Sequence record: SRR31156797_3824
Strand: one strand, 5' to 3'
Length of the DNA: 32,502 nt
In this document: piece by piece, positions 10,386 through 19,328 of the stretch
Layout of the letters: every line of letters begins with the position of its first letter
Position numbering within the stretch: the stretch's first letter is position 1
Position numbers and translations under genes: made by a program
The notes under the pieces: generated by a model
Told to the model about the DNA's origin: nothing
The model's input: the letters and a program-made list of their open reading frames with translations, nothing else
Databases searched by the model: none

Positions 10386-10400
10386 TGCTAGAATCCGGCG
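10386..10400 (+). promoter_or_regulatory. Putative internal extended -10 promoter for ribH-nusB
   Basis: TG-C-TAGAAT (10386-10394) followed by GC-rich CCGGCG, in a 204-nt gap about 40 nt before ribH. Confidence 0.6.
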
Positions 10401-10436
10401 ATTCTCACTTGATGAACCAGAGTTAAAGGAAAGCTT

Positions 10437-10907
10437 ATGAAAGTGATAGAAGGTGGTTTCCCAGCACCAAATGCAAAAGTTGCGATTGTGATTTCTCGTT
10501 TCAACAGTTTTATTAACGAGAGTCTATTGTCTGGTGCCATCGACACTTTAAAGCGTCACGGACAGGTGAGTGACGATAACATCACAGTTGTTCGCTGCCC
10601 AGGTGCAGTAGAGCTACCTCTTACTGCACAACGTGTAGCAAAAACAGGTAAATTTGACGCTATCGTTTCTCTAGGCTCAGTGATTCGTGGTGGTACACCA
10701 CACTTTGACTATGTTTGTAGTGAAATGAATAAAGGTTTAGCTCAAGTGTCTATGGAATTTAGCATTCCGGTAGCATTTGGTGTACTAACCGTCGATACAA
10801 TCGATCAAGCTATTGAACGCGCAGGAACCAAGGCTGGTAATAAAGGTGCAGAAGCTGCACTAAGCGCACTTGAGATGATTAACGTTCTTTCTGAAATTGA
10901 TTCCTAA
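10437..10907 (+). CDS. ribH: 6,7-dimethyl-8-ribityllumazine synthase
   Basis: 156 aa; [36 protein letters not shown]. Confidence 0.98.
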   Translation: MKVIEGGFPAPNAKVAIVISRFNSFINESLLSGAIDTLKRHGQVSDDNITVVRCPGAVELPLTAQRVAKTGKFDAIVSLGSVIRGGTPHFDYVCSEMNKGLAQVSMEFSIPVAFGVLTVDTIDQAIERAGTKAGNKGAEAALSALEMINVLSEIDS

Positions 10908-11377
10908 TGGGGGCCAGTGTGAAACCAGCCGCACGTCGTAATGCACGTCAATTTGCGCTACAAGCTATTTATTCGTGGCAGATTACTAAAGATAATGTTG
11001 CAACTATTGAAGAGCAATTTTTATCAAATGGTAAGTATGATGAAGAAGAGCATCATGCATCTGAACCAGCTCTAGCTGCGCCAGAAACTGACGTTGTTTA
11101 TTTCCGCGACCTATTAGCGGGTGTTGCTCTTAACCATATGGAACTTGATAGCAAGCTTCGTCCTTATGTTTCTCGTCCAATGCAGGACTTAGACATAATG
11201 GAATTAGCGCTATTACGCCTTGCTATGTACGAGATGACTCGTCGCGATGATGTACCATACAAAGTGGTTATCAATGAAGCGATTGAGCTGGCGAAAGTAT
11301 TCGCAGCTGAAGACAGTCACAAGTTCATTAACGGTGTTCTTGATAAAGCGGCACCGCACGTACGTAAAAAATCGTAA
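10907..11377 (+). CDS. nusB: Transcription antitermination factor NusB
   Basis: [46 protein letters not shown] overlap with ribH. Confidence 0.97.
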   Translation: MGASVKPAARRNARQFALQAIYSWQITKDNVATIEEQFLSNGKYDEEEHHASEPALAAPETDVVYFRDLLAGVALNHMELDSKLRPYVSRPMQDLDIMELALLRLAMYEMTRRDDVPYKVVINEAIELAKVFAAEDSHKFINGVLDKAAPHVRKKS

Positions 11378-11390
11378 TTCGATTTGATGT

Positions 11391-11419
11391 AAAAAGGTCA
11401 GCTTAAGCTGACCTTTTTT
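11391..11419 (+). terminator. Terminator-like palindrome between nusB and thiL
   Basis: AAAAAGGTCAGCTTAAGCTGACCTTTTT is a perfect 28-bp palindrome; the T-run extends to 11419. Confidence 0.8.
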
Positions 11420-11444
11420 ATATAGCTAAACAGGAATATTTCAA

Positions 11445-12419
11445 ATGTTTGGTGAATTTAACCTAATCGATAAATATTTTTCCAACCGTCAATCTCAACG
11501 TAAAGATGTCCATCTGGCGTTGGGAGATGATTGTGCGATCGTTAAAGCGCCTGAAGGTTCACGTATTGCGATTAGCACTGATACGCTTGTCGCTGGTACG
11601 CATTTTCTGCCTGAAGCTAACCCTGCATGGGTTGCTCATAAAGCATTGGCTTCCAACATCAGTGATCTTGCAGCGATGGGGGCAACTCCAGCTTGGGTTT
11701 CAATGGCATTAACTCTACCAACGATTGATGAAGAGTGGCTGAAACCTTTTTGTGATGCGTTTTTTGAACTGGCTAACTATTACAATATCCAGCTTATTGG
11801 TGGAGATACGACCAAAGGGCCGTTAAGTATTAGTTTAACAGTGCAAGGCTTTGTGCCTGATAATAAAGCCTTAACTCGTTCTGGTGCGAATGTTGGTGAT
11901 TGGATTTACGTAACCGGAGAGCTTGGCGATAGTAAAGCTGGACTGAGTGTTATTCTGGACGAATCGAAGCGTAATGATCCGTTCGCTAAAGAGTTAGAGC
12001 AACGTCATTATATTTCTCATCCGCGCGTTCTTGTGGGACAAGCATTACTCAATTTAGCTTCTTCTGCTGTCGATATATCCGATGGTGTGATCGCGGATTT
12101 AGGTCACATCCTGAGACGCTCTCAAGTTAGTGCTGCGATTGATGTCAGTTTGCTGCCTATCTCAAAAGAGCTGATGCAGTTCATTGGTAATGTCTCTGAA
12201 GCTCAAAAATATGCTTTAACCAGTGGTGAAGAGTATGAGTTGTGCTTTACAGTTCCAGAGCAGAACAAAGGCTCGCTAGAAATCGCGTTATCTCATTGTG
12301 GATGTAAGGTGACTTGTATTGGTCAAGTGCGTCCACTGGGGGTATTAGAACTGCATCACAAGGGTAAAAAGCTCGATTGGGCACTCGAAGGATACGATCA
12401 TTTTAAGGTGGAACAATGA
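11445..12419 (+). CDS. thiL: Thiamine-monophosphate kinase
   Basis: GEFNLI, GDDCA, NISDLAAMGA, LIGGDTT, DISDG, GEEYELCFT. Confidence 0.97.
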   Translation: MFGEFNLIDKYFSNRQSQRKDVHLALGDDCAIVKAPEGSRIAISTDTLVAGTHFLPEANPAWVAHKALASNISDLAAMGATPAWVSMALTLPTIDEEWLKPFCDAFFELANYYNIQLIGGDTTKGPLSISLTVQGFVPDNKALTRSGANVGDWIYVTGELGDSKAGLSVILDESKRNDPFAKELEQRHYISHPRVLVGQALLNLASSAVDISDGVIADLGHILRRSQVSAAIDVSLLPISKELMQFIGNVSEAQKYALTSGEEYELCFTVPEQNKGSLEIALSHCGCKVTCIGQVRPLGVLELHHKGKKLDWALEGYDHFKVEQ

Positions 12420-12922
12420 CCAACCCAATTTCCAGAATTTCTCTTTCTAATCCGTGGCACTTACTCGCTACTGGCTTTGGAAGTGGCTTGTCTCCGGTTG
12501 TGCCTGGTACTATGGGGACATTAGCGTCGGTTCCTTTTTATCTGTTATTAGTTCAGTTGCCTCTTATCACCTATGTTTTAGTCGTGATTGCGGCAAGCAT
12601 TATTGGAATTAAAATTTGTCAGGTGACGTCTGATGACATGAAAGTGCACGACCATGGTTCGATTGTCTGGGATGAGTTCGCTGGTTTTTGGATAACTATG
12701 GCTGTCGTGCCTCTGTTTAATATTCCGGTATTTGACTGGAAGTGGATACTCTCAGGCTTTATCCTGTTTCGCTTCTTCGATATGGTAAAACCATGGCCAA
12801 TTGGCTGGCTGGATAAACGAGTTCATGGCGGGTTAGGAATTATGGTGGATGACCTTGTTGCTGGTGTTATGTCAGCAATTTGCCTAGGTTTTGTGGGACA
12901 TTGGGCTGGATGGCTTAGTTGA
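12416..12922 (+). CDS. pgpA: Phosphatidylglycerophosphatase A
   Basis: GFGSGLSP..PGTMGT, HDHGSIVWDE, FRFFDMVKPWPI, GGLGIMVDD; ATGA overlap with thiL. Confidence 0.96.
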   Translation: MTNPISRISLSNPWHLLATGFGSGLSPVVPGTMGTLASVPFYLLLVQLPLITYVLVVIAASIIGIKICQVTSDDMKVHDHGSIVWDEFAGFWITMAVVPLFNIPVFDWKWILSGFILFRFFDMVKPWPIGWLDKRVHGGLGIMVDDLVAGVMSAICLGFVGHWAGWLS

Positions 12923-12940
12923 GCTTCAAGTAGCACAGAC

Positions 12941-12967
12941 AAAAAAGGTTCCCAATGGGAACCTTTT
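12941..12967. terminator. Bidirectional terminator between convergent pgpA and yaeH
   Basis: AAAAAAGGTTCCCA-A-TGGGAACCTTTT with A and T runs on both sides. Confidence 0.85.
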
Positions 12968-12986
12968 CTATATTAAACCGTTGAGT

Positions 12987-13367
12987 TTACAGTTTTTCGA
13001 GGTCTGCTTCGATTTCCGCTATCTTACTTGCTACCACTTTCTCCAAGTGGCGAAGGTCATTCAATACCTTCTGTTTAACATCGATTTCTTGTGGGGCCTC
13101 AGGTCGGGTTATTTTGTTGAGCTCATCAATGATCAAGGTTAGGTTACGGTTGATCTCTGTGATCTCTTTGTATTGATGACTTCCACTGTCAACCAAAACG
13201 CTTTTCTTCTGTCTTGGATACTTAAATTTAACGCTTTTAGCGAAGAATTCGCCTTTTTGCTTCTTAAAGTAAATCTTTAACACATCTTTTTGCGCTTCCT
13301 GACGCAAAGAGTAGCGTTCAATCTGACTAGGGTCTTGTATACCCAAGCCATTGAGGTGTGGAAACAT
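12987..13367 (-). CDS. yaeH: DUF3461 / UPF0325 family protein (YaeH-like), function unknown
   Basis: 126 aa; [32 protein letters not shown] and [19 protein letters not shown] match the family as I recall it; GAGG RBS. Confidence 0.9.
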   Translation of the reverse strand: MFPHLNGLGIQDPSQIERYSLRQEAQKDVLKIYFKKQKGEFFAKSVKFKYPRQKKSVLVDSGSHQYKEITEINRNLTLIIDELNKITRPEAPQEIDVKQKVLNDLRHLEKVVASKIAEIEADLEKL

Positions 13368-13509
13368 AAGCGACCTCTATGTTGGTGTTTTACATCAATT
13401 ACTGAGCTAATAAGCCCTTATTAAATGTAGCAGCCAAAACCTTTTGTAGATAGGTAATTTTGCTTAAAACGGTAAACGTGTGGACAAGATCGCTGTTCAT
13501 CATGATTTT

Positions 13510-13606
13510 TATACCCAAGTGACTTCAAAATACAGGATTCAGAGCCGTATCAACGAGTTCAGATCAAGCCAATAACGGAAGGAATGGTTATTTCCTTCCG
13601 TTATTG
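13510..13606 (+). repeat. Truncated ERIC/MITE-like repeat (relic 2) ending in a perfect 15-bp hairpin
   Basis: Begins TATACCCAAGTGACTTCAAA, the shared end motif, and ends with CAATAACGGAAGGAA-N7-TTCCTTCCGTTATTG (13570-13606). No second terminus is present. Confidence 0.65.
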
Positions 13607-13612
13607 AGTCTA

Positions 13613-16237
13613 TTAATCTGGTGCTAACTCAGACACGTTCTCTATAAGGCTCTGACGCAGATGCAATTCTTCCTCTTCGGTTAATTTTGTACCTTGAGAA
13701 CTGGTCAGAATAAACAAGTCTTCTGCGCGTTCACCCATAGTGGTGATTTTTGCACCGTGCAGGTTTAAGTTTAAGTCGGAGAAGGTGGCACCTACCGTCG
13801 CAAGTAGCCCCGGTGTATCGAGCGCGACAAATTCCATCAAGGTTCGTTTTTTGCTTTTCGTCGGTAAAAAGTCCACTTTTGTTTTCACCTTGAAATGCTG
13901 TAACTGACGAGGAAGTCGTCGAGTTTTTATCTCAACAGGTCTTTCTGCTTTTAACACGTTAATGATGTGCTTGGTAAGTGCGGCATGACGGTCTTCGTCG
14001 ATGGCTTCGCTATTTTGGTCCAAGACCATAAAGGTATCGAGTACGTAACCGTCTTTACTCGACATAATTTGTGCGTCGTGAACACTAAAGTTACGTCTGT
14101 CCAGTTCTCCAACAACTTTAGCAAATAACGATGGTTGGTCTTTGGTGTAAACAAAAATCTCAGTACCACCGCGTGTGGCCTTTTTACTTAGAACAACTAA
14201 AGGTTGGGCTGGATCTTTGTGGTGTAGCAAATGCGTACAGTGCCAAGCAATCTGTTTATGAGTATGACGTAAGAAGTAATCCGCTTTAAAACGTTGCCAA
14301 AGCAGCTCAATTTCTCGACTGCTGAACCCTTCTTTACGTAATTGTGCAGAAGCCATTTGTTGGTTATGGCGAATACGGTCACGAACATCAACGGGGTTTT
14401 CTAGCCCTCTGCGCAGTGATCGTTGTGTTGAGTAAAATAGCTCCGCCAGTAAGGTGCGTTTCCAGCTGTTCCATAACTCTGGATTCGTTGCACAAATGTC
14501 GGCAACGGTCAGACAGACTAAGTGTTCTAAATACTCTTCATCACGGACTGTTTTTGCGAACTCGATGATGACTTCTTGATCGTAAATATCACGTCGCTGA
14601 GCAGTAACAGACATCAGCAAGTGGTTGAGTACAAGCCACGAAACTAATTTTGCTTCCGGTTTCGATAAACCGTGTTCCATACAAAATTCATAGGCTTCTT
14701 CTGCGCCTATTTCTGAATGGTCTCCACCACGACCTTTCCCAATATCATGGAAAATGGCAGCGATGATGAGCAGTTCTTTCTTCTGTAATTTCGGGTAGAT
14801 TTCACAACAGATAGGGTGTCTATCGTGATTTTTAGGGTCATTAAAAGTGTTGATATGCTTCAATAATCGGATGCTGTGTTCATCCACGGTATAGGCGTGG
14901 AATAGGTCAAACTGCATCTGACCAACAATTTGGCTCCACTGCGGTAAGTACGCCGCAAGAACGCCTAAACGATGCATTAAACTGAATGCTTTGTGTAGGG
15001 CGTTCGGATGGCGAACAAGTGCCATAAATTTCTCACGCGCCGCAGGTATGGTGTGTAAAAACTTGTTCAGTCGACGTCGAGCCGTGCGCAGTTGTCGCAT
15101 GGTCGCAGGAGAAACACCGTCAATGGTTGAGTCGTTGGCAATATGTAAAAACATATCCAAGATAGTTTCAGGTCTGGCTTGGAAAAGCGCGGGCTTTCTT
15201 GCTTCGATTAAGCTGCCGCGACGTTGAAAATCGTCATTGAGAATTTCTGCTTCACACTCTTCGCCGTTGTTTAAGATCGCTTGATCAAACAGCTTTAGCA
15301 GCATTTTGTTGAGTTCTGCTACGCGGCGTACCGTGCGGTAGAACTCTTTCATCATTTTTTCTACTGCTCGATTGCCTTCACCTGTGAACCCTAAATGTTC
15401 TGCCACTTGTGCCTGTAGGCCAAATGTGAGTCGGTTATCGTAGCGCTTCAGCTCCATGTGCAGCGCAAAGCGCACTCGCCACAAGAAATCCTGACACTCA
15501 ACCAGTTCGCGATATTCCGCATCGGTGAGAAATCCATAGCGGCTCATTTCGTAGAGTGATGTCGCCCCAAAGTGACGACGAGCGACCCAACTCAGGGTAT
15601 GAATATCGCGCAGGCCGCCAGGGGTCGATTTAATATCCGGTTCTAGGTTGGAAGTCGTGTCGTTAAAACGCGCGTGACGTTGACGCTGTTCTTGAATTTT
15701 TGCTTTGTAGAAGGTTTCACTTGGCCAAAATGATTCGGAAAGGATGACTTTCTTCAGGCGATGGAAAGTCTCTTCACTACCGGAGAGCAGACGTGCTTCT
15801 TGCAGGTTCGTTGCAACGGTTAAGTCTTCTCGGCCAATTTCAGAACACTCCTCAATAGTACGAACAGCATGGCCGACTTCTAAACGCAAATCCCACAGCA
15901 ACGTGATGAATTCACTGATTTTACGTTCGGTTTCCGCAGGAATTTTCTGTTTAGAGACTATTAGGATATCAATATCCGACAGTGGGTGAAGTTCTCCACG
16001 GCCGTAGCCACCAACCGCGACTAAGCTAAGATCTGGAATATCCATAAATCCAAAACGTTGCCATAAGCGATGCAGTAATAAATCCATATACTCGGAACGA
16101 CCGAGGACTAAATCAGTAACGGGATGATGATTTAGAAATTCATCATTTTGATATTGAGTAAAATTTTCTAGTTGTGTTTTAAGCTCACCAATGGTGAGTT
16201 GCTCATCAGTAAAAGTTAACGGCGACTGAAAAGGCAT
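13613..16237 (-). CDS. glnD: Bifunctional uridylyltransferase/uridylyl-removing enzyme
   Basis: NT domain AVGGYGRGELHPLSDID, NLEPDIK..PGGLRD, HD domain (HAYTVDEH, FHDIGKGRGGDHS) and two ACT domains. The start is ATG 16237 (after GGA) or 16252. Confidence 0.97.
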   Translation of the reverse strand: MPFQSPLTFTDEQLTIGELKTQLENFTQYQNDEFLNHHPVTDLVLGRSEYMDLLLHRLWQRFGFMDIPDLSLVAVGGYGRGELHPLSDIDILIVSKQKIPAETERKISEFITLLWDLRLEVGHAVRTIEECSEIGREDLTVATNLQEARLLSGSEETFHRLKKVILSESFWPSETFYKAKIQEQRQRHARFNDTTSNLEPDIKSTPGGLRDIHTLSWVARRHFGATSLYEMSRYGFLTDAEYRELVECQDFLWRVRFALHMELKRYDNRLTFGLQAQVAEHLGFTGEGNRAVEKMMKEFYRTVRRVAELNKMLLKLFDQAILNNGEECEAEILNDDFQRRGSLIEARKPALFQARPETILDMFLHIANDSTIDGVSPATMRQLRTARRRLNKFLHTIPAAREKFMALVRHPNALHKAFSLMHRLGVLAAYLPQWSQIVGQMQFDLFHAYTVDEHSIRLLKHINTFNDPKNHDRHPICCEIYPKLQKKELLIIAAIFHDIGKGRGGDHSEIGAEEAYEFCMEHGLSKPEAKLVSWLVLNHLLMSVTAQRRDIYDQEVIIEFAKTVRDEEYLEHLVCLTVADICATNPELWNSWKRTLLAELFYSTQRSLRRGLENPVDVRDRIRHNQQMASAQLRKEGFSSREIELLWQRFKADYFLRHTHKQIAWHCTHLLHHKDPAQPLVVLSKKATRGGTEIFVYTKDQPSLFAKVVGELDRRNFSVHDAQIMSSKDGYVLDTFMVLDQNSEAIDEDRHAALTKHIINVLKAERPVEIKTRRLPRQLQHFKVKTKVDFLPTKSKKRTLMEFVALDTPGLLATVGATFSDLNLNLHGAKITTMGERAEDLFILTSSQGTKLTEEEELHLRQSLIENVSELAPD

Positions 16238-16299
16238 AGTATTAGCGTCCATGCTGATAATTTAGTTATTGAGTAGCAATCTATCAGATACCGATAGAT

Positions 16300-16331
16300 A
16301 AAAAAATATCCCTGATTAGCAGGGATATTTT
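16300..16331 (-). terminator. Intrinsic terminator after map
   Basis: Plus strand AAAAAAATATCCCTG-ATTAG-CAGGGATATTTT, giving a T-run after the stem on the minus strand. Confidence 0.82.
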
Positions 16332-16342
16332 ACAAGAAGGTG

Positions 16343-17185
16343 TTACGCGTTAACTAAGAAGCGAGGTAGTGTTTCTTCTTCGCGTAAGGTGAGAATTTCA
16401 CAGCCGTTAGCGGTCACTAAAATTGTGTGTTCCCACTGAGCAGAATTTTTGCCATCTGCGGTGTAGACTGTCCAATCGTCTTCATCATCCAAACGACAGC
16501 CGAATTTACCAGCGTTGATCATTGGCTCGATAGTGAAAGTCATACCTTCACGTAGCACTGTGCGATCATTGTTTTTGTAATGAACCACTTGTGGATCTTC
16601 GTGGAACCCTGCGCCAATACCATGACCACAGTAGTCACGGACAATCGAGAATTTAGCTCGAGGATTGTTCTTATTGTTTGTCTTGATGTATTTCTCGATG
16701 GTTGTACCGATTTCACCTAGTTGAACACCAGGCTTCACTTTCTTAAGTGATAGGTACAAGCTTTCTTGTGCAACCATGCATAGACGTTTGTCTGCTGGAG
16801 AAACATCACCAACTAAGAACATCTTGGATGTATCACCGTGGTAACCGTCTTTGATCACCGTGATATCGATGTTCATGATGTCGCCATCTTTTAGTACGGC
16901 TGGGCGAGAGATTTGACCAAACGCTGTATCTTGAGTCGCTGGGATACCGTGACACACAATGTGGTTGATCGATGTACAGATTGATTTTGGAAAACCATGA
17001 TAGTTAAGAGGTGCCGGAATTGCGCCTTGTACTTCTGTAATATGTTTATGACAGATTTGATCTAACTCTTCGGTAGTTACACCTGGTTTTACATAAGGTT
17101 CAATCATCTCGAGAACTTCTGCTGCCAGGCGACCTGCAACGCGCATTTTCTCTATTTCTTCAGCATTCTTAATTTTTACAGACAT
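16343..17185 (-). CDS. map: Methionine aminopeptidase type I
   Basis: FPKSICTSIN..VCHGIP, NIDITV, YHGDTS, GHGIG..FHE.P, FTIEPM, SAQWEHT. The start was moved to ATG 17185 (MSVKIK, 280 aa). Confidence 0.97.
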   Translation of the reverse strand: MSVKIKNAEEIEKMRVAGRLAAEVLEMIEPYVKPGVTTEELDQICHKHITEVQGAIPAPLNYHGFPKSICTSINHIVCHGIPATQDTAFGQISRPAVLKDGDIMNIDITVIKDGYHGDTSKMFLVGDVSPADKRLCMVAQESLYLSLKKVKPGVQLGEIGTTIEKYIKTNNKNNPRAKFSIVRDYCGHGIGAGFHEDPQVVHYKNNDRTVLREGMTFTIEPMINAGKFGCRLDDEDDWTVYTADGKNSAQWEHTILVTANGCEILTLREEETLPRFLVNA

Positions 17186-17232
17186 CGGTTTTACTCTTAT
17201 ACAATCGGGCACTCTTAGGTGCTAATCGCGTT

Positions 17233-17260
17233 ATTGTAACAGTGGAAAGAGGAAGCGCAA
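17233..17260 (-). promoter_or_regulatory. Putative sigma70 promoter of map
   Basis: Minus strand TTGCGC-N16-TACAAT with an extended -10 TG. Confidence 0.55.
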
Positions 17261-17391
17261 GGGAGCTGTTAAATAAGAATCGTTATTAAGCGATTCATTT
17301 TAGTTTGATGCATTGCTGTTTTTTTCGTCGCTTGAGTTTGAGTTTCAATTGGTCAAAAGGCAATTTTTTCTAGCCATAGAGGTTAAAAATA

Positions 17392-17407
17392 TGGTATAAA
17401 GCGCGCC
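17392..17407 (+). promoter_or_regulatory. rpsB-tsf promoter: extended -10 and GC-rich discriminator
   Basis: TG-G-TATAAA-GCGCGCC, the conserved gammaproteobacterial rpsB promoter signature. Confidence 0.85.
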
Positions 17408-17562
17408 GGAATCAGGGTCTGTTTTCTTCTTTATTGGCGATTCAGATCAGGGTCCACTAACTTTTATCTTTAAATCACACACATTCCGACACGTGTTCCG
17501 GGGTGCTCCAAGCTTAGGCTTAGGGGTCGGATACATGGGGGATGTGGAGGCCTAACCCCATA
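17408..17562 (+). ncRNA. tff: t44/tff RNA: rpsB 5' leader, S2 autoregulatory structure (boundaries approximate)
   Basis: Conserved blocks CACACAC..CCGACAC...CCGGGGTGC...GGGGTCGG...ATGGG..GTGGAGGCCTAACCCC lie between the promoter and the rpsB ATG. Confidence 0.88.
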
Positions 17563-17574
17563 GAGGATTTTATA

Positions 17575-18303
17575 ATGGCAACTGTATCAATGCGCGATAT
17601 GCTAAAAGCTGGTGTTCACTTCGGTCACCAAACTCGTTACTGGAACCCAAAAATGAAGCCATTCATTTTCGGCGCTCGTAACAAAGTTCATATCATCAAC
17701 CTAGAAAAAACTGTACCAATGTTCAACGAAGCTCTAGCTGAGCTAACTAAAGTTGGTGAGAAGAAAGGTAAAGTTCTTTTCGTAGGTACTAAGCGCGCTG
17801 CATCTGAAGCTGTTAAAGAAGCTGCTCTTGCAAGCAACCAATACTACGTAAACAACCGTTGGTTAGGTGGTATGCTAACTAACTGGAAAACTGTTCGTCA
17901 ATCAATCAAGCGTCTTAAAGATCTTGAAGCACAGTCTACAGACGGTACTTTCGACAAACTAACTAAGAAAGAAGCTCTAATGCGTACTCGCGAAATGGAG
18001 AAGCTAGAGAAATCTCTTGGTGGTATCAAAGACATGGGCGGCCTACCAGACGCTCTATTCGTAATCGACGCTGATCACGAGCACATCGCAGTTAAAGAAG
18101 CTAACAACCTAGGAATCCCAGTATTCTCAGTTGTTGATACTAACTCTAACCCAGACGGCGTTGACTACGTTATCCCAGGTAACGACGACGCAATCCGTGC
18201 AGTTCAACTATACCTAAACGCTGCAGCTCAAGCTGTAACTGAAGGTCGCAACAAAGATGTTGTTGCTGTTGCTGACAAAGACGGTTTCGTAGAAGCTGAA
18301 TAA
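17575..18303 (+). CDS. rpsB: 30S ribosomal protein S2
   Basis: [27 protein letters not shown]...PGNDDAIRA. The true start is ATG 17575 after GAGG; strong codon bias. Confidence 0.99.
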   Translation: MATVSMRDMLKAGVHFGHQTRYWNPKMKPFIFGARNKVHIINLEKTVPMFNEALAELTKVGEKKGKVLFVGTKRAASEAVKEAALASNQYYVNNRWLGGMLTNWKTVRQSIKRLKDLEAQSTDGTFDKLTKKEALMRTREMEKLEKSLGGIKDMGGLPDALFVIDADHEHIAVKEANNLGIPVFSVVDTNSNPDGVDYVIPGNDDAIRAVQLYLNAAAQAVTEGRNKDVVAVADKDGFVEAE

Positions 18304-18369
18304 TAGCGGCTCCGAGTTAGACTTAGCTTATGGGTCAACAACTGAAACATATGCTAGGTTATAGTTAGT

Positions 18370-18402
18370 ATTGGGGGCCGAAAATGTAGGCCCTCAATTT
18401 TT
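18370..18402 (+). terminator. Terminator/attenuator between rpsB and tsf
   Basis: ATTGGGGGCC-N9-GGCCCTCAAT followed by TTTT; an attenuator-like hairpin at this position is known in enterobacteria. Confidence 0.7.
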
Positions 18403-18433
18403 ACCTTATCCAGAATTAACTGAGGAATAGAGA

Positions 18434-19276
18434 ATGGCTGTTACTGCTGCTCTAGTAAAAGAACTGCGCGAACGTACTGGCGCAGGTATGATGGAATGTA
18501 AAAAAGCGCTTGTTGAAACTGATGGTGACATCGAACTGGCGATTGAGAACATGCGTAAGTCTGGCGCTGCTAAAGCTGCTAAAAAAGCAGGTAACGTAGC
18601 TGCTGAAGGTACTATTGCTATCAAAGAAGCTGACGGCGTGGCTGTACTTCTTGAAGTTAACTGCCAAACAGACTTCGTAGCAAAAGATGCTAACTTCACT
18701 GCATTCGTAAACGAAGTTGCTGAAGCTGCTCTGGCTTCTAAAGCTAAAGTTGAAGACCTACAAGCTCAGTTCGAAGAAACTCGCGTTGCGCTTGTTGCTA
18801 AAATCGGCGAAAACGTGACTATCCGTCGCGTAGAATACGTTAACGGTACTGCACTTGCTTCTTACCGTCACGGCGAGAAAATCGGCGTTGTTGTTGCTGG
18901 TGAAGGCGACGCAGAAACTCTTAAGCACGTTGCAATGCACGTTGCTGCTTCTAAGCCTGAGTTCGTTAACCCAGAAGACGTACCTGCAGACGTAGTTGAA
19001 AAAGAAAAAGCGGTTCAAGTTGAAATCGCTATGAACGAAGGCAAACCAGCGGAAATCGCAGAGAAAATGGTTGTCGGTCGTATGAAGAAATTCACTGGCG
19101 AGATTTCTCTAACAGGTCAACCATTCGTAATGGAACCTAAGAAATCTGTTGGCGAAATTCTTAAAGAGCGTGGCGCTTCTGTTTCTACTTTCGTTCGCCT
19201 AGAAGTAGGTGAAGGTATCGAGAAGAAAGAAGAAATGAGCTTCGCTGAAGAAGTTGCAGCGGCGCAAAAAGGTTAA
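18434..19276 (+). CDS. tsf: Elongation factor Ts
   Basis: [42 protein letters not shown]. Confidence 0.99.
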   Translation: MAVTAALVKELRERTGAGMMECKKALVETDGDIELAIENMRKSGAAKAAKKAGNVAAEGTIAIKEADGVAVLLEVNCQTDFVAKDANFTAFVNEVAEAALASKAKVEDLQAQFEETRVALVAKIGENVTIRRVEYVNGTALASYRHGEKIGVVVAGEGDAETLKHVAMHVAASKPEFVNPEDVPADVVEKEKAVQVEIAMNEGKPAEIAEKMVVGRMKKFTGEISLTGQPFVMEPKKSVGEILKERGASVSTFVRLEVGEGIEKKEEMSFAEEVAAAQKG

Positions 19277-19296
19277 TCCTTAGCGACTCTGTTTAT

Positions 19297-19328
19297 AAAA
19301 GGACCGTAGCCATGGCTGCGGTCTTTTT
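19297..19328 (+). terminator. Intrinsic terminator after tsf
   Basis: AAAAGGACCGTAGCC-AT-GGCTGCGGTCTTTTT, a stem with G-U pairs plus a T-run. Confidence 0.85.

Noticed and set aside
10233..10436. FMN riboswitch in the rib cluster
   Set aside because: No RFN conserved blocks (AGGGCGGGG, AATTCCCCACCG, GGATGGGAGA) here or upstream of nrdR/ribD.
11125..11136. boxA-like TGCTCTTAACCA inside nusB as an autoregulatory site
   Set aside because: It lacks one T of the GYTCTTTAANA consensus and lies in translated sequence. No boxA is visible in the ribH leader.
13338..13347. TATACCCAAG inside yaeH, matching the repeat terminus
   Set aside because: Only 10 nt, in coding sequence (the L-G-I codons), with no further similarity; probably chance.
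17542..17574. N-terminal extensions in the ORF track for rpsB (also crl, map, fabZ, lpxA, proA)
   Set aside because: Downstream starts have better RBS spacing and give family-typical lengths. The rpsB extension lies in the t44 leader and the lpxA extension lies inside fabZ.
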